From: Promethearchaeota archaeon
Lineage (GTDB): Archaea; Asgardarchaeota; Lokiarchaeia; Sigyniarchaeales; SOKP01
Length of the DNA stretch: 53,769 nt
Direction of reading: 5' to 3'
Assembly: GCA_029838195.1 (NCBI GenBank)
Contig: JALGVJ010000025.1
Coordinates: forward strand, 1 to 53,769
The notes beneath the pieces were generated by a model. That model was not told where the DNA came from. It saw only the letters and a list, made by a program, of their open reading frames with translations, and did not search any database. Below, piece by piece: positions 19,519 to 29,262 of this stretch. Numbering within the stretch: position 1 is the stretch's first letter; each line of letters begins with the position of its first letter. The position numbers and the translations under genes were made by a program.

Positions 19519-21465
19519 TTAAATCTCACGAAATGGCACCTCCACGCTAAGTGCATTAATAATTGATTTATGTATTGCGTCGTTTGGGCAAATCTGATAA
19601 CATACACCGCATCTGATGCATCTATCTTGATCTATTTGCATGGTTTCCCTTCCCTCCACTTCTACTCTTCTCATGGCAGGACAGCTCAAAATGCGGCTAC
19701 ATTCATGACACATCTGGCATCCATAGACTTGATACGTGATCTCTTGATATTTTTCTCCTTGCGCTTCCAATTGCTTAATTTGACTCATGCGCCATCGATG
19801 CGCTTGTAAACCACACTCTCTTTTTATTACGATAACTTTCAGCCCATCAGTTTCCAATGCCTTTTTTATCGTGCTGGTGAGCTTTTTCGGATTATAGGAG
19901 TCTTCTACTCGCAACCATTGAACTCCCATAGCTTTACAGATGCGTTCGATGGAAAAGCCTTGTCGGAACAGAAAGCGAAGCACGTCGTCTTGATGCCCCG
20001 TCATTGCAGTCCAAGAGTTTTCAAAAATGATGAGAAGGATGTTAGAATTATAGCCCACGGCTTCTGCTAACGGGCTTAATCCGGTGTGGAAAAAGGTAGA
20101 ATCTCCGATCATCGCAAGAATTTTCTGATCAGTTTTAGTAGACATGCCGATTGCCGCACTCAAGCCTCCAGACATGCAAATAACGAGATCAGAACATTGC
20201 TGCGGTGGGAAAAAAGACATTACATAGCATCCGATGTCACCGCACACCACAGTATTGGTTAAATGGTTGGTAGCTTTTAAAATGGAATATAATGTGGCTC
20301 GTTCGGGGCAGCCCGCACAGAAGGTTGGAAACCGACTAGGAATTATGGCTTGGTAGGATTCAAATAACTTGGCAGCTATTTTCATGCGGGGATTAGACTT
20401 TTTATTAAATATTTTAGCTAAACAATTAGCGACCAGTCCCGTGGAATATTCATTATATTTGGGAAAATATTTTTGTCCTAAGATTTCTACATTTAATTTT
20501 TCCGAATGAGCAATTTCTGAAATCTTTACTTCCAAAAAAGGTTCTAATTCCTCCACCACTACCACGCGATCCAGGTCTTGCATGAAATCCAAGATTTCTT
20601 CATGATTTAAGGGATAAATCATTCCTAATTTCAACACGGGCACATCATCTAATGACAATTGATTTAGGGCTTCTAACGTGTAGCCGTATGGAATTCCGCT
20701 GGTGATGATACCTACCTTGTTCGTTCCCGGAAGAACTTTATTAATTTTCAAGGAGGGTACTTCTTCTCTTAACCGCTCGATGCGCTCATATAATCTCACG
20801 TGATTATTTATGGCATGAGGGGGCAAGGAATTAAATTTTGGAATATTCCGCACGAATTCTCCTCGTGCCTTTCCCTTGACGATGGGTCCCAGATCCACGA
20901 ATCCCCGCGAATGGGCACTTCTCGTGGACATTCGAAAATCAATTACCAAATCATACCGTTCGGAAAGATCAAAAGCCAATTTAATCCAATCCTTACATTC
21001 TTGAGGGGAATGGGGTTCAAAAGTGGGAAGATGTAACATCCATGAATAAAATCGTTCATTCTGCTCCTGATGCGAGCCTAATGAGCCTGGATCGCTTCCA
21101 ATAACCACGACCATGGCTCCTGGATTAGGCCCATTTAATGCAATAACGCTCAAGGCATCGGAGGCCACGTTCAAGCCGACGTGTTTCATGGGATTTAAAC
21201 TGCGGCAACCGGTCCAAGCCGCGCCGGCACAAGAGGAAGTTGCAACGGCTTCATTAACCGCCCATTGATGAACTAAATATTCTTTGAATTCTGGGAAATT
21301 ACGCAAGATTTGATGGAAATACTCTCCGATATCACTGGTAGGCGTGCCCGGATATTGAGAAACGTATGACACGCCCGCTTCTAGACAGCCGCGCACTAAT
21401 GCTTCATTTCCAAGCATTAAAACCCTGCCTTTTTCTTGTACAAATCTCGTATCTTTTTTTGGCAT
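19519..21465 (-). CDS. iorA: Indolepyruvate:ferredoxin oxidoreductase alpha subunit
   Basis: LGNEALVRG, YPGTP, MKHVGLNVA, FCAGCP, GDIGCY, GDSTFFHTG, C-terminal ferredoxin CIRCGVCYQICP. Confidence 0.95.
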   Translation of the reverse strand: MPKKDTRFVQEKGRVLMLGNEALVRGCLEAGVSYVSQYPGTPTSDIGEYFHQILRNFPEFKEYLVHQWAVNEAVATSSCAGAAWTGCRSLNPMKHVGLNVASDALSVIALNGPNPGAMVVVIGSDPGSLGSHQEQNERFYSWMLHLPTFEPHSPQECKDWIKLAFDLSERYDLVIDFRMSTRSAHSRGFVDLGPIVKGKARGEFVRNIPKFNSLPPHAINNHVRLYERIERLREEVPSLKINKVLPGTNKVGIITSGIPYGYTLEALNQLSLDDVPVLKLGMIYPLNHEEILDFMQDLDRVVVVEELEPFLEVKISEIAHSEKLNVEILGQKYFPKYNEYSTGLVANCLAKIFNKKSNPRMKIAAKLFESYQAIIPSRFPTFCAGCPERATLYSILKATNHLTNTVVCGDIGCYVMSFFPPQQCSDLVICMSGGLSAAIGMSTKTDQKILAMIGDSTFFHTGLSPLAEAVGYNSNILLIIFENSWTAMTGHQDDVLRFLFRQGFSIERICKAMGVQWLRVEDSYNPKKLTSTIKKALETDGLKVIVIKRECGLQAHRWRMSQIKQLEAQGEKYQEITYQVYGCQMCHECSRILSCPAMRRVEVEGRETMQIDQDRCIRCGVCYQICPNDAIHKSIINALSVEVPFREI

Positions 21466-21565
21466 GACGATTCAATCGTGATATAGGGAGAATTTTTAAT
21501 TCTGTAATAACTGAAAAAAAAAAAATCTTATCATTATTTTAAATAATCGGAGTTATAGGAACGTC

Positions 21566-21868
21566 TCAATCCGGGTTTTTCTCATCCTTGACCTCTTCAT
21601 CTAAGTTTTTCATTCTAGTCTCATGTAAAATTTTCAATTGAGCTTCTCCATGAAGTGCTTTTAATTGATCAAAAATGGTAAGCAGTCTCCATATTTAGGT
21701 CCTTTATTAGTATAGACCCATCTCCAGAAGGGAATGCTCAGTAGCGTCTCGATAGCGGCAAAACCTACTAAGCATTCATCCATTTTCAAGATGAATTTCG
21801 CATATAAAGGTAATACCGACGGAGTCAAGTCTGTAAAGATTTTTCACCCTTTTATTTTCCACCTTCAC
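21566..21868 (-). pseudogene. Possible degraded ~100-codon gene remnant
   Basis: AGGAGG SD plus GTG at 21868. Open segments in two frames can be joined only with two indels in homopolymer runs. No recognisable family. Confidence 0.25.
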
Positions 21869-22448
21869 TTTTTACCTCCTTTACCATGATTTTTTTAATT
21901 ATAAAGACGGGTAATTGATAATCTTCACTATTTTTAAACCTTATCTTTCCTCCTTTATTAACGGCTTCCAGCTTCTAGTTAGTTCAAAAATTTTTCACAT
22001 AACTTCCCTATTACTGCTTATAATTTAATAAGATATATCATAAAATCTAATAACTTTTCCTTTATCTCTTTTCCTTTCTCATGAGCTATTGATTTACCTT
22101 TCGGGTCAATTTTTTGATTCATTTAAGTCAACGCTTCTCTTTATCATATACGCTATACCTTGTTTTTATTTTTTTCTACCTCATTTTATTATACCCTGAT
22201 AGTTTCTAAAAATGCAAGCAGTTCAATTTTTTACTCACGATCATTTCATTTATTGCACAAAACCATGCCCATTTCCCATCATTTTGTGCAAAAAATTTTA
22301 TCTTTCAGCGGGCACTACTCTAAATACTATGCTCGACTAAAATGGCGCTTTTCCGCTTTACCGCTTATCCATTTACCCCTCCTCTAAAACTCTTTTCCGT
22401 TTATTCAAATATCTATTTGACTAACTTTTGATTAGAATTTTTTGGATA

Positions 22449-22463
22449 GAAAAAATTTATAAA
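22449..22463 (+). promoter_or_regulatory. Candidate BRE/TATA promoter for Lokiactin
   Basis: GAAAAAATTTATAAA about 140 nt upstream of the actin ATG. Other TATA-like words lie nearby. Confidence 0.3.
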
Positions 22464-22598
22464 CATGAAATTAAATTTATTTTATAAGTGTATTTATAAT
22501 TTCCCCAAAAATTATAGTACCATTATAAATTAAAATTAAAATTGTAATAAATTTATCAATAAATACAAAATATAAAAATCACGAGCTGAAAATGTATC

Positions 22599-23744
22599 AT
22601 GTCTGATGAAGAAAGCTTTTTAAGCGCAAAAGCCTTGGTAATCGATAACGGTACCGGCATCTCCAAAAATGGCTTCGCCGGTGAAGATCAACCCCGATCC
22701 GTCTTTCCCACTCTCATTGGCTACCCAAAATATGAAAGCATCATGACTGATGTCGAACACTATACAAGAGAATATTACATCGGCGAAGAAGCCATGCAAC
22801 TTAAAGGTGTCCTCAAATTAATGTTTCCCGTAGAGCATGGCATCATTGAAGATTGGACTGCGATGGAGAAGATTTGGCACTACACTTTCTATACTGACTT
22901 ACGAATTGACCCGAGCGAACACCCCGTCTTGCTTACGGAGGCCCCCCTCAATCCACGTCCCAACCGTGAAAAAATGGCAGAAATCATGTTCGAAACCTTT
23001 AATGTACCTGCTTTATATGTTTCCATGCAGGCCGTATTATCCCTCTATGCTTCCGGTAGAACCACCGGGTGCGTTATAGATATTGGGGATGGCGTCTCAC
23101 ACGTCGTACCCATTTTCGAAGGATTTGCCTTGAGTCATGCCATTCAAAGAATTGATTTGGCGGGTCGGGACATTACCAATTATTTACAACGCCTCTTGCG
23201 ACAAAAAGGACACTCTTTTACTACTTCCGCCGAAAAGGAGATTGTGAGAGATATAAAAGAGAAGCTCTGTTATGTCGCTATTGACCCTGAAAAAGAAATG
23301 ATGCTCTCCAAAAAGGTCGCTGGAATGGAAAAAAGCTACATGCTACCTGATGGAGAAACCATCAATGTCGGCGTCGAACGCTTCTTAGCTCCTGAATGCT
23401 TTTTCAATCCCTCCGTGATTGGAAAAGAACTCGAACCATTGGATGATGTGGTTGTAGGGGCAATTTCTGAATGCGATGTGGACTTGAGAAGAGATCTGTA
23501 TAGTAATATCGTACTTTCCGGAGGCTCTACGATGTTCCCAGGTATCAAGGAACGCCTGACGAAGGAAATCAAAGAACAAATACCCGAATCAGTAGACGTA
23601 AAAATCATCGCCCCTCCCGAAAGAATGTATTCCGTTTGGATTGGTGGCTCAATCTTATCATCCTTGAAAACCTTCCACCGAATGTGGGTCACTAGGCGGG
23701 AATACAAGGAGATGGGGCCCCAGGTAATTCATCGATGCTTTTAA
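22599..23744 (+). CDS. Asgard actin (Lokiactin)
   Basis: [97 protein letters not shown]-terminal HRCF; colinear with eukaryotic actin. Confidence 0.98.
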   Translation: MSDEESFLSAKALVIDNGTGISKNGFAGEDQPRSVFPTLIGYPKYESIMTDVEHYTREYYIGEEAMQLKGVLKLMFPVEHGIIEDWTAMEKIWHYTFYTDLRIDPSEHPVLLTEAPLNPRPNREKMAEIMFETFNVPALYVSMQAVLSLYASGRTTGCVIDIGDGVSHVVPIFEGFALSHAIQRIDLAGRDITNYLQRLLRQKGHSFTTSAEKEIVRDIKEKLCYVAIDPEKEMMLSKKVAGMEKSYMLPDGETINVGVERFLAPECFFNPSVIGKELEPLDDVVVGAISECDVDLRRDLYSNIVLSGGSTMFPGIKERLTKEIKEQIPESVDVKIIAPPERMYSVWIGGSILSSLKTFHRMWVTRREYKEMGPQVIHRCF

Positions 23745-23795
23745 GCCGATGGGGACCCTTGCAATTGCAAATTAAGTGTTTGTATTATTATAATT

Positions 23796-23828
23796 TGTTG
23801 TTTTTTTTTTATATTTTTATTCTTTTAT
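23796..23828 (+). terminator. T-rich archaeal-type terminator after Lokiactin
   Basis: TTGTTG-T10-ATATTTTTATTCTTTT, 50-85 nt after the stop codon. Confidence 0.5.
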
Positions 23829-24340
23829 GAGCTTTTTACTATCAGAAATTAAATTTGGATCTTTTTTTAAACCATTTTTTAATAAAGAGAAATAAGAGGT
23901 TGTAGCTTTAAGTTTAAAAAATTTATTTCTCATGATAGAATGCCCATCAGGTTTTCATTTTAATTGTCATTCAATAAATTATTGCCTTGTTGTTTATTTT
24001 AATTTATTCCATCTAGCATTTGATTTTATTTCCAAAAAAGATAAAATAATTTTAGAAAAGTCATGTAAAGAAATGGGGTTAGATTAAGATGAGTTTTTAA
24101 TAAAGGATAAAAAAACACAATTAGAATTTAAATGCAAGCTAAATTTTTGAGAACAAATAGTGTAAGAAAGCATGTGCGATAATGAAAAAGGAAGAGAGAA
24201 AATTTTAAGAAAGGAAACGTGGAAAAATGAGATTAAAAAAGATAATCTTGCCGGATGGCCGGGTAATAACTTCGCCTAGAAATGGTAAAGTGAAAATATT
24301 AAAGAAAGGAATTGATAAGAATTAAAAAATTATTTTTGTC

Positions 24341-25450
24341 ATGGAAATTTTTAATTGGTTAGAGATGACCGAATCAGATTATCTAAAACGAATCCGTTCA
24401 TTAGAGAGAGAAAATGAGCAGCTGAGAGCGATCATCAACAGAATGAAGGAGAATCCTCTCATTATTGGCACGGTGGAGAAGGTATTAAAAGATGGGCGCG
24501 TGGTAGTGTCCCATGCGCCGGGTAATCGGGTTCTAATCCCTCCTAGGCCTGATTTGGACCCTTCTCCGGGAGATCTCGTGACGTTACACGGCAGCAGTTT
24601 TCAAATCATAGAGATTTTATCGAAAAACATTCGAGGTCACGTGGCTGCCATGGAATTGGTTGAAACCCCCAATGTCAGTTTTGAGGATATAGGAGGCTTG
24701 GATGAGCAGATTCAAGCAATTAGAGAGGTCATTGAGTTACCATTATTGCATCCGGAAATTTTTGAGGAGATTGGAATTGAAGCACCCTCAGGAGCGCTCT
24801 TGTCGGGTCCTCCTGGCACCGGAAAGACCTTATTAGCGAAAGCCATTGCCAATTCTTCAAAAGCTCGGTTCATTCACTTAGTGGGTTCGGATCTAGTCCA
24901 GAAATTTATCGGAGAAGGCTCACGCATGGTAAGGGAAGTCTTTCAGCTTGCCAAGATCAACACGCCTGCTATTATTTTCATTGATGAAATAGATGCGATT
25001 GCGGTGAAGCGAACAAGTGAAGTATATAAGGGAGACAGGGAAGTTCAGCGAACGTTCATGCAGCTCTTAAGCGAACTAGATGGTTTTGCGAATACAGAAG
25101 GAATCATGTTTTTAGCAGCAACAAATAGAGAAGATGTCTTAGATCCGGCGATTTTACGTCCCGGTAGGTTCGATAGAATCATCCGTTTTCCCTTACCAAA
25201 TGAGGAAGCGAGATTAAGTATATTAAAAATTCACGTCCGCAGGATGAATTTGAAGGAAAATATTAACTTGAATAAATTAGCCAAGATGACAGATGGTTTT
25301 AGTGGTGCCCATATAAAGGCATTATGCACGGAAGCGGGGATAAAATGCTTGCGGGAGGGAAAGAGACAAGTAGAACAGAAACATTTTGAAAGCGCCTTGG
25401 TAGAAATAATGGATGAGGAACATGGTGTAAAAGAATACATCTATTCTTAA
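24341..25450 (+). CDS. pan: Proteasome-activating nucleotidase (PAN, AAA+ ATPase)
   Basis: N-terminal coiled coil and OB domain, GPPGTGKT, IFIDEIDA, DPAILRPGRFDR, C-terminal HbYX (IYS). The start may be ATG 24365. Confidence 0.95.
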   Translation: MEIFNWLEMTESDYLKRIRSLERENEQLRAIINRMKENPLIIGTVEKVLKDGRVVVSHAPGNRVLIPPRPDLDPSPGDLVTLHGSSFQIIEILSKNIRGHVAAMELVETPNVSFEDIGGLDEQIQAIREVIELPLLHPEIFEEIGIEAPSGALLSGPPGTGKTLLAKAIANSSKARFIHLVGSDLVQKFIGEGSRMVREVFQLAKINTPAIIFIDEIDAIAVKRTSEVYKGDREVQRTFMQLLSELDGFANTEGIMFLAATNREDVLDPAILRPGRFDRIIRFPLPNEEARLSILKIHVRRMNLKENINLNKLAKMTDGFSGAHIKALCTEAGIKCLREGKRQVEQKHFESALVEIMDEEHGVKEYIYS

Positions 25451-25569
25451 AAAAACATGCTATTTATTCAGTTAGATATTCTTCCGAAGTGGAAGAATTT
25501 TTGAGTTAAAAGATCTTAATATTTTTTAGGAATTCTTTTATTTGGAAAGCGAAGTTCTCGTTATTTATC

Positions 25570-27006
25570 ATGAATAATAAATCTTTTTATTTAGAAGAGT
25601 ATTTGAAAAAAGTCAATCGGAAGGAAAGACAAGACATTTTAAAAGAAATAATTACTAATTCGAATGAGGAGAAATTAAGGAAGAGAGCTTTAGAATTGAT
25701 GAGCGAAGAAGATGAGGGCAATAATTTCCCATTTTTTTCGAATCTCTTTCTTTCGGATGAATCGGAAGTCGTGAAACAAAAAGCGGGAGAAATCTTGATA
25801 GATCATTATCTGGGCCATCTAGAGATTTCCTCTCTTTTTCGTCATATTTTATTTCATGGAGGGAGCATTGAACAAAAATGTTTAATTCTTGATGCCTTAG
25901 CTAAGATGAATAATAAGAATTCCTTGAATTTGGTAAAATCATACGTGAAATTCCTCTTTAATTCTTGGAAAGGAAGTGAAAAAATGGAATGGGAAGAGAT
26001 TTCCTCATCTTTTTTCAAATTCATCTCGTATACCTCCGAGATCCTCATGCTTGCTTTTAATTTAACCTTAAGAGAATATTACGTGAAAGAGCGAGGATAT
26101 AGTGTCACCTTGAAAAATGGCAAGATTATTTTATTAAATTGTGAGGGTTCGAACTTGAAAGAGATTCCGGAGATTAAATTCATTGAAAAACTCACGGATT
26201 TAGAACACCTTTTATTACAAAAAAATCACATCATCCGGATATCGGGACTAAATCACCTAAAAAATTTGAAAACGTTAAACTTGAATGAGAATGCGATTGA
26301 AAAAATTGAAAATTTGGAGGGACTTTCTAATCTAGAGGTGTTAGATCTTTCACATAATAAAATTAAAATGATTGAAAACCTCTCGTCCTTGAAAAACTTG
26401 AAAAAGTTATTTTTAGATCATAATCAAGTAGAAAAAATTACGGGTTTGGAAAATCTCGAAAAATTGGAGGAATTGAGCATCAGTAATAATAGAATTCGTA
26501 AAATAGAAAATTTAAATCATCTCATTAATTTAAAAAATTTAAACCTTTCATTTAATCAAATCAAGAAGATGGAAGGATTTGAAAATTTGACCAATATAAT
26601 TTGGTTGCATCTCAATAACAACGAGCTTTCGCGAATTGAAGGGTTGCATCATAATCTCCTCTTGAAAGGGCTTTATCTATCGAATAATGAGATTGAAAAA
26701 ATAGAAAATCTCGAAAACTTGGAAAATCTCAAGAAATTGGAACTCTCTAATAATCGCATTAAAAATATCGAAGGATTAGAGAATCTCAAAAATCTTCAAG
26801 AGCTCTTTTTAGATAGGAACCGCATCCGAGAAATGGAAGGCTTAAACCAATTAGAAAGCTTGATCATTTTGTTCTTGGAAAGAAATAATATCTCTCAGTT
26901 TAAAGGAGTTGATGGGTTAAGAAATTTAAATTTCATTTTCTTGAATGATAATCCCTTAACTCAACAAAGCCAGAGATTATATGAGAGAAAAAATAGATTT
27001 CCTTAA
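25570..27006 (+). CDS. HEAT-like N-terminus plus SDS22-like leucine-rich repeat protein
   Basis: Helical repeats (LRKRALELM, LSDESEVVKQKAGEIL), then about 12 LRRs of 22 aa (LxxLxxLxLxxNxIxxIxxLxx). Confidence 0.92.
   Translation: MNNKSFYLEEYLKKVNRKERQDILKEIITNSNEEKLRKRALELMSEEDEGNNFPFFSNLFLSDESEVVKQKAGEILIDHYLGHLEISSLFRHILFHGGSIEQKCLILDALAKMNNKNSLNLVKSYVKFLFNSWKGSEKMEWEEISSSFFKFISYTSEILMLAFNLTLREYYVKERGYSVTLKNGKIILLNCEGSNLKEIPEIKFIEKLTDLEHLLLQKNHIIRISGLNHLKNLKTLNLNENAIEKIENLEGLSNLEVLDLSHNKIKMIENLSSLKNLKKLFLDHNQVEKITGLENLEKLEELSISNNRIRKIENLNHLINLKNLNLSFNQIKKMEGFENLTNIIWLHLNNNELSRIEGLHHNLLLKGLYLSNNEIEKIENLENLENLKKLELSNNRIKNIEGLENLKNLQELFLDRNRIREMEGLNQLESLIILFLERNNISQFKGVDGLRNLNFIFLNDNPLTQQSQRLYERKNRFP
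26191..26958 (+). repeat. Degenerate 66-nt coding tandem repeat (LRR units)
   Basis: Eleven full 22-aa units and one partial unit, from LTDLEHLLL to FLNDNPL. Confidence 0.85.
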
Positions 27007-27086
27007 TGATTTTTTATCAAGCAAGCTTCTCCAAGAAAAAATCAAGTTGATTGATGAAATCAAGGAAGATTAAGCAAGCGAGATCA

Positions 27087-27647
27087 TCATTTTACATAAT
27101 CGTCAATCCATAACTCCATCAACACCTCATCATGATAGGACGTGTTTAAATAAAACTGCTTCTTTCTCACGCCCACTTTCTTGAACCCCATTTTTTTATA
27201 TAGATGGAGTGCTCTCTTGTTACTGGAAAAACAACTTAAGATGATTTTTTTTTTATTATTTATTCTCTTGGCTTCTCGAATAGCAAAATCAATTAATGCC
27301 CTTCCCACTCCTTTATTACGAAACTCCTTCCGTACAATGATGCCTAAAATTCCCACGTGAGAAGCGGCATCCCACTCGGAATTAGATATTTCGCACTGTC
27401 CGATAATGTCATGCGGCTTTTTTAAACCAGGATATTCGGCTACCACGCATGTCTCATGTTCTTTTTTCACGTGATCATACCACGATCGCTTTTCATGGTC
27501 CGTGAGAACTGGAATGAAAATCGGAAGATATATTCCCTCCTCCACTACTTCATTGAAATTGTTCCAAATTCCATCCACATCCGATTTTTTTATATGTCGA
27601 ATAATTATCTCTTCATTTGTATCTTCCAATCGGGTGCGTCGTTCCAT
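27087..27647 (-). CDS. GNAT family N-acetyltransferase
   Basis: VRKEFRNKGVGRAL, NKRALHLYKKMGF. Confidence 0.93.
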   Translation of the reverse strand: MERRTRLEDTNEEIIIRHIKKSDVDGIWNNFNEVVEEGIYLPIFIPVLTDHEKRSWYDHVKKEHETCVVAEYPGLKKPHDIIGQCEISNSEWDAASHVGILGIIVRKEFRNKGVGRALIDFAIREAKRINNKKKIILSCFSSNKRALHLYKKMGFKKVGVRKKQFYLNTSYHDEVLMELWIDDYVK

Positions 27648-27886
27648 GAGAAATTAAAGGTTTGGTTAATAAAGAATTTTTATCCATGGCATACAAAACG
27701 GCCATTTCAAGAGAGGTTTCTACAATGGAAAGAAATTTATGACTCATCGCTCATTCCATCACGACCCATCGTTTGGAAACGAACACGTTCCCATTCACCA
27801 TCCCTAACATACGACATGAAATAGAATGAAAAGTTTTTAACCATGAATGAAGAATAATTTTATAAGATACCGAAAAATATTAATTA

Positions 27887-28330
27887 ATGTGTGAAGATTC
27901 TACAATGACCGATAAATCAAATGAAAATTCAACTGAAAAAAAAGAAGAAATAGAAGAAAAAGAAGGAAAATCGGCAAGAGATAAAGTTTCTCTCAAGCAC
28001 GTGTCCGTAAAAAAACAAGAACCGAGTCCCGAAGCCATAAAATTAGCAACTACCCTAAAAACCCAAATTCTTACCTATGACTCGTTCGAAACCCTCTCCA
28101 ACGATGAAAAAACTATGCTGGAATGTTTCATGAATAGGAGATTATTCCTCTCCCGCATTGCAATTATAATGAATCAAAGCAGGGTTCCATTAGGCCTCCC
28201 ACCCCTAAAAAAAGCTGAACTAGAAGAAATTTTATCTAATTTAATAGCGAAAGGATACGTTGCCTCGGAAATCGTGGGAGAAAACCGTGTATATTACCTG
28301 ACAGAACGAGGAAAAAGTAGGGTTCTGTAA
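27887..28330 (+). CDS. Hypothetical winged-helix protein with charged N-terminal tail
   Basis: ILSNLIAKGYV...RVYYLTERG wing motif. The start may be ATG 27905. Confidence 0.7.
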   Translation: MCEDSTMTDKSNENSTEKKEEIEEKEGKSARDKVSLKHVSVKKQEPSPEAIKLATTLKTQILTYDSFETLSNDEKTMLECFMNRRLFLSRIAIIMNQSRVPLGLPPLKKAELEEILSNLIAKGYVASEIVGENRVYYLTERGKSRVL

Positions 28331-28377
28331 TCACTCTTCATTAATTTGGCAAGAAAGAAAAAATTCAAGAAAATAAT

Positions 28378-28695
28378 TCAATCCTTCTTTAAAATTAGCT
28401 TATTAATCGGGATATCCTGATATTCCCCATTCGGATTCGTTCTTCTTATGGTTAAAGGAAGGATCTGGGATTTTAACTCTAATTGAGCAATCTTAATGGG
28501 ATCAATCATGTTTTTTGGCTTATCTACCAAAATGGGTGCACCAAAACTGATTTGAAGCGCTCGAGCACCCACGATACGCGCCTTTTCATAACGCGTGAGA
28601 AAAATCGGGCCAATCTTCACGTATTCTCTTACTTCTCTATACTTCTTACGTAACTCTCGCGATTCTAAGAAGCTAGACACGGTTATCCTAACCAA
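28378..28695 (-). CDS. rpo6: RNA polymerase subunit Rpo6 (RpoK/RPB6)
   Basis: [24 protein letters not shown]...LPLTIRR. Start is TTG 28695 or GTG 28680. Confidence 0.97.
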   Translation of the reverse strand: MVRITVSSFLESRELRKKYREVREYVKIGPIFLTRYEKARIVGARALQISFGAPILVDKPKNMIDPIKIAQLELKSQILPLTIRRTNPNGEYQDIPINKLILKKD

Positions 28696-28843
28696 AAAAT
28701 GAGTTTTAATGTTGATTAAAAGGAAGCATGTATAATAATTTTTTCGGTTTTATCAAAACAAAAATGAAATAAACCTTCCATTTATCCATTCCTACTGAAT
28801 AAGAAGTTATCTTTCACGTGGTTAACGTTTTGCGAGAAAAAGA

Positions 28844-28934
28844 TGCGCGAAGGGAGGATCGAACTCCCGACCTACACGGTTTACTCCCAAAATGCTGGTG
28901 TGAGCGTGTCGTCATACCACTAGACCATTCGCGC
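28844..28934 (-). tRNA. trnV: tRNA-Val(CAC) with 19-nt intron
   Basis: Reverse complement: acceptor GCGCGAA/TTCGCGC plus A discriminator, D arm GTCTAGTGGTATGAC, anticodon stem ACACG/CGTGT, T arm GGGAG-TTCGATC-CTCCC. Anticodon CAC at 28900-28902. 91 nt = 72 + 19-nt intron; no encoded CCA. Confidence 0.93.
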
Positions 28935-29262
28935 AAGATTTTCAAGGTTTATCGGGTTCATCTTGAATATCATTAATCAACTAATTAAAATGCGTGAATA
29001 TTTAAAAAATTTTAGGAAGAACCAAGTAATTATCAAGATTAAATTTTTTCTTATAAGACAGATAGGTCATGAAACCTAAGATTTTCATGTCATGGGCAAG
29101 TCATGATAAAATAAAGGTAAGTAAATATTAATTCCTTGTTAATTTATTTTAAGAGCTCGCTTGAATGTGTAATAATTATTCCAAAGAGTCTTAAGTTTAA
29201 TAAGATTTGTCTCGTAGAAAAATATAGTAAGAAAGAAAAAAGAATAATTGAGTTTAGGAAGG

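Noticed and set aside
22160-22387. 75-aa ORF upstream of actin
   Set aside because: TTG start, low-complexity F/S/L composition from pyrimidine-rich DNA, no motif.
21900-24340. AT-rich skewed regions around actin considered as a replication origin
   Set aside because: No ORB-like repeats with G-strings and no adjacent orc1/cdc6.
26191-26958. Periodic DNA considered as a CRISPR or non-coding repeat array
   Set aside because: It is a degenerate 66-nt period fully explained by LRR coding, with no identical repeats or spacers.
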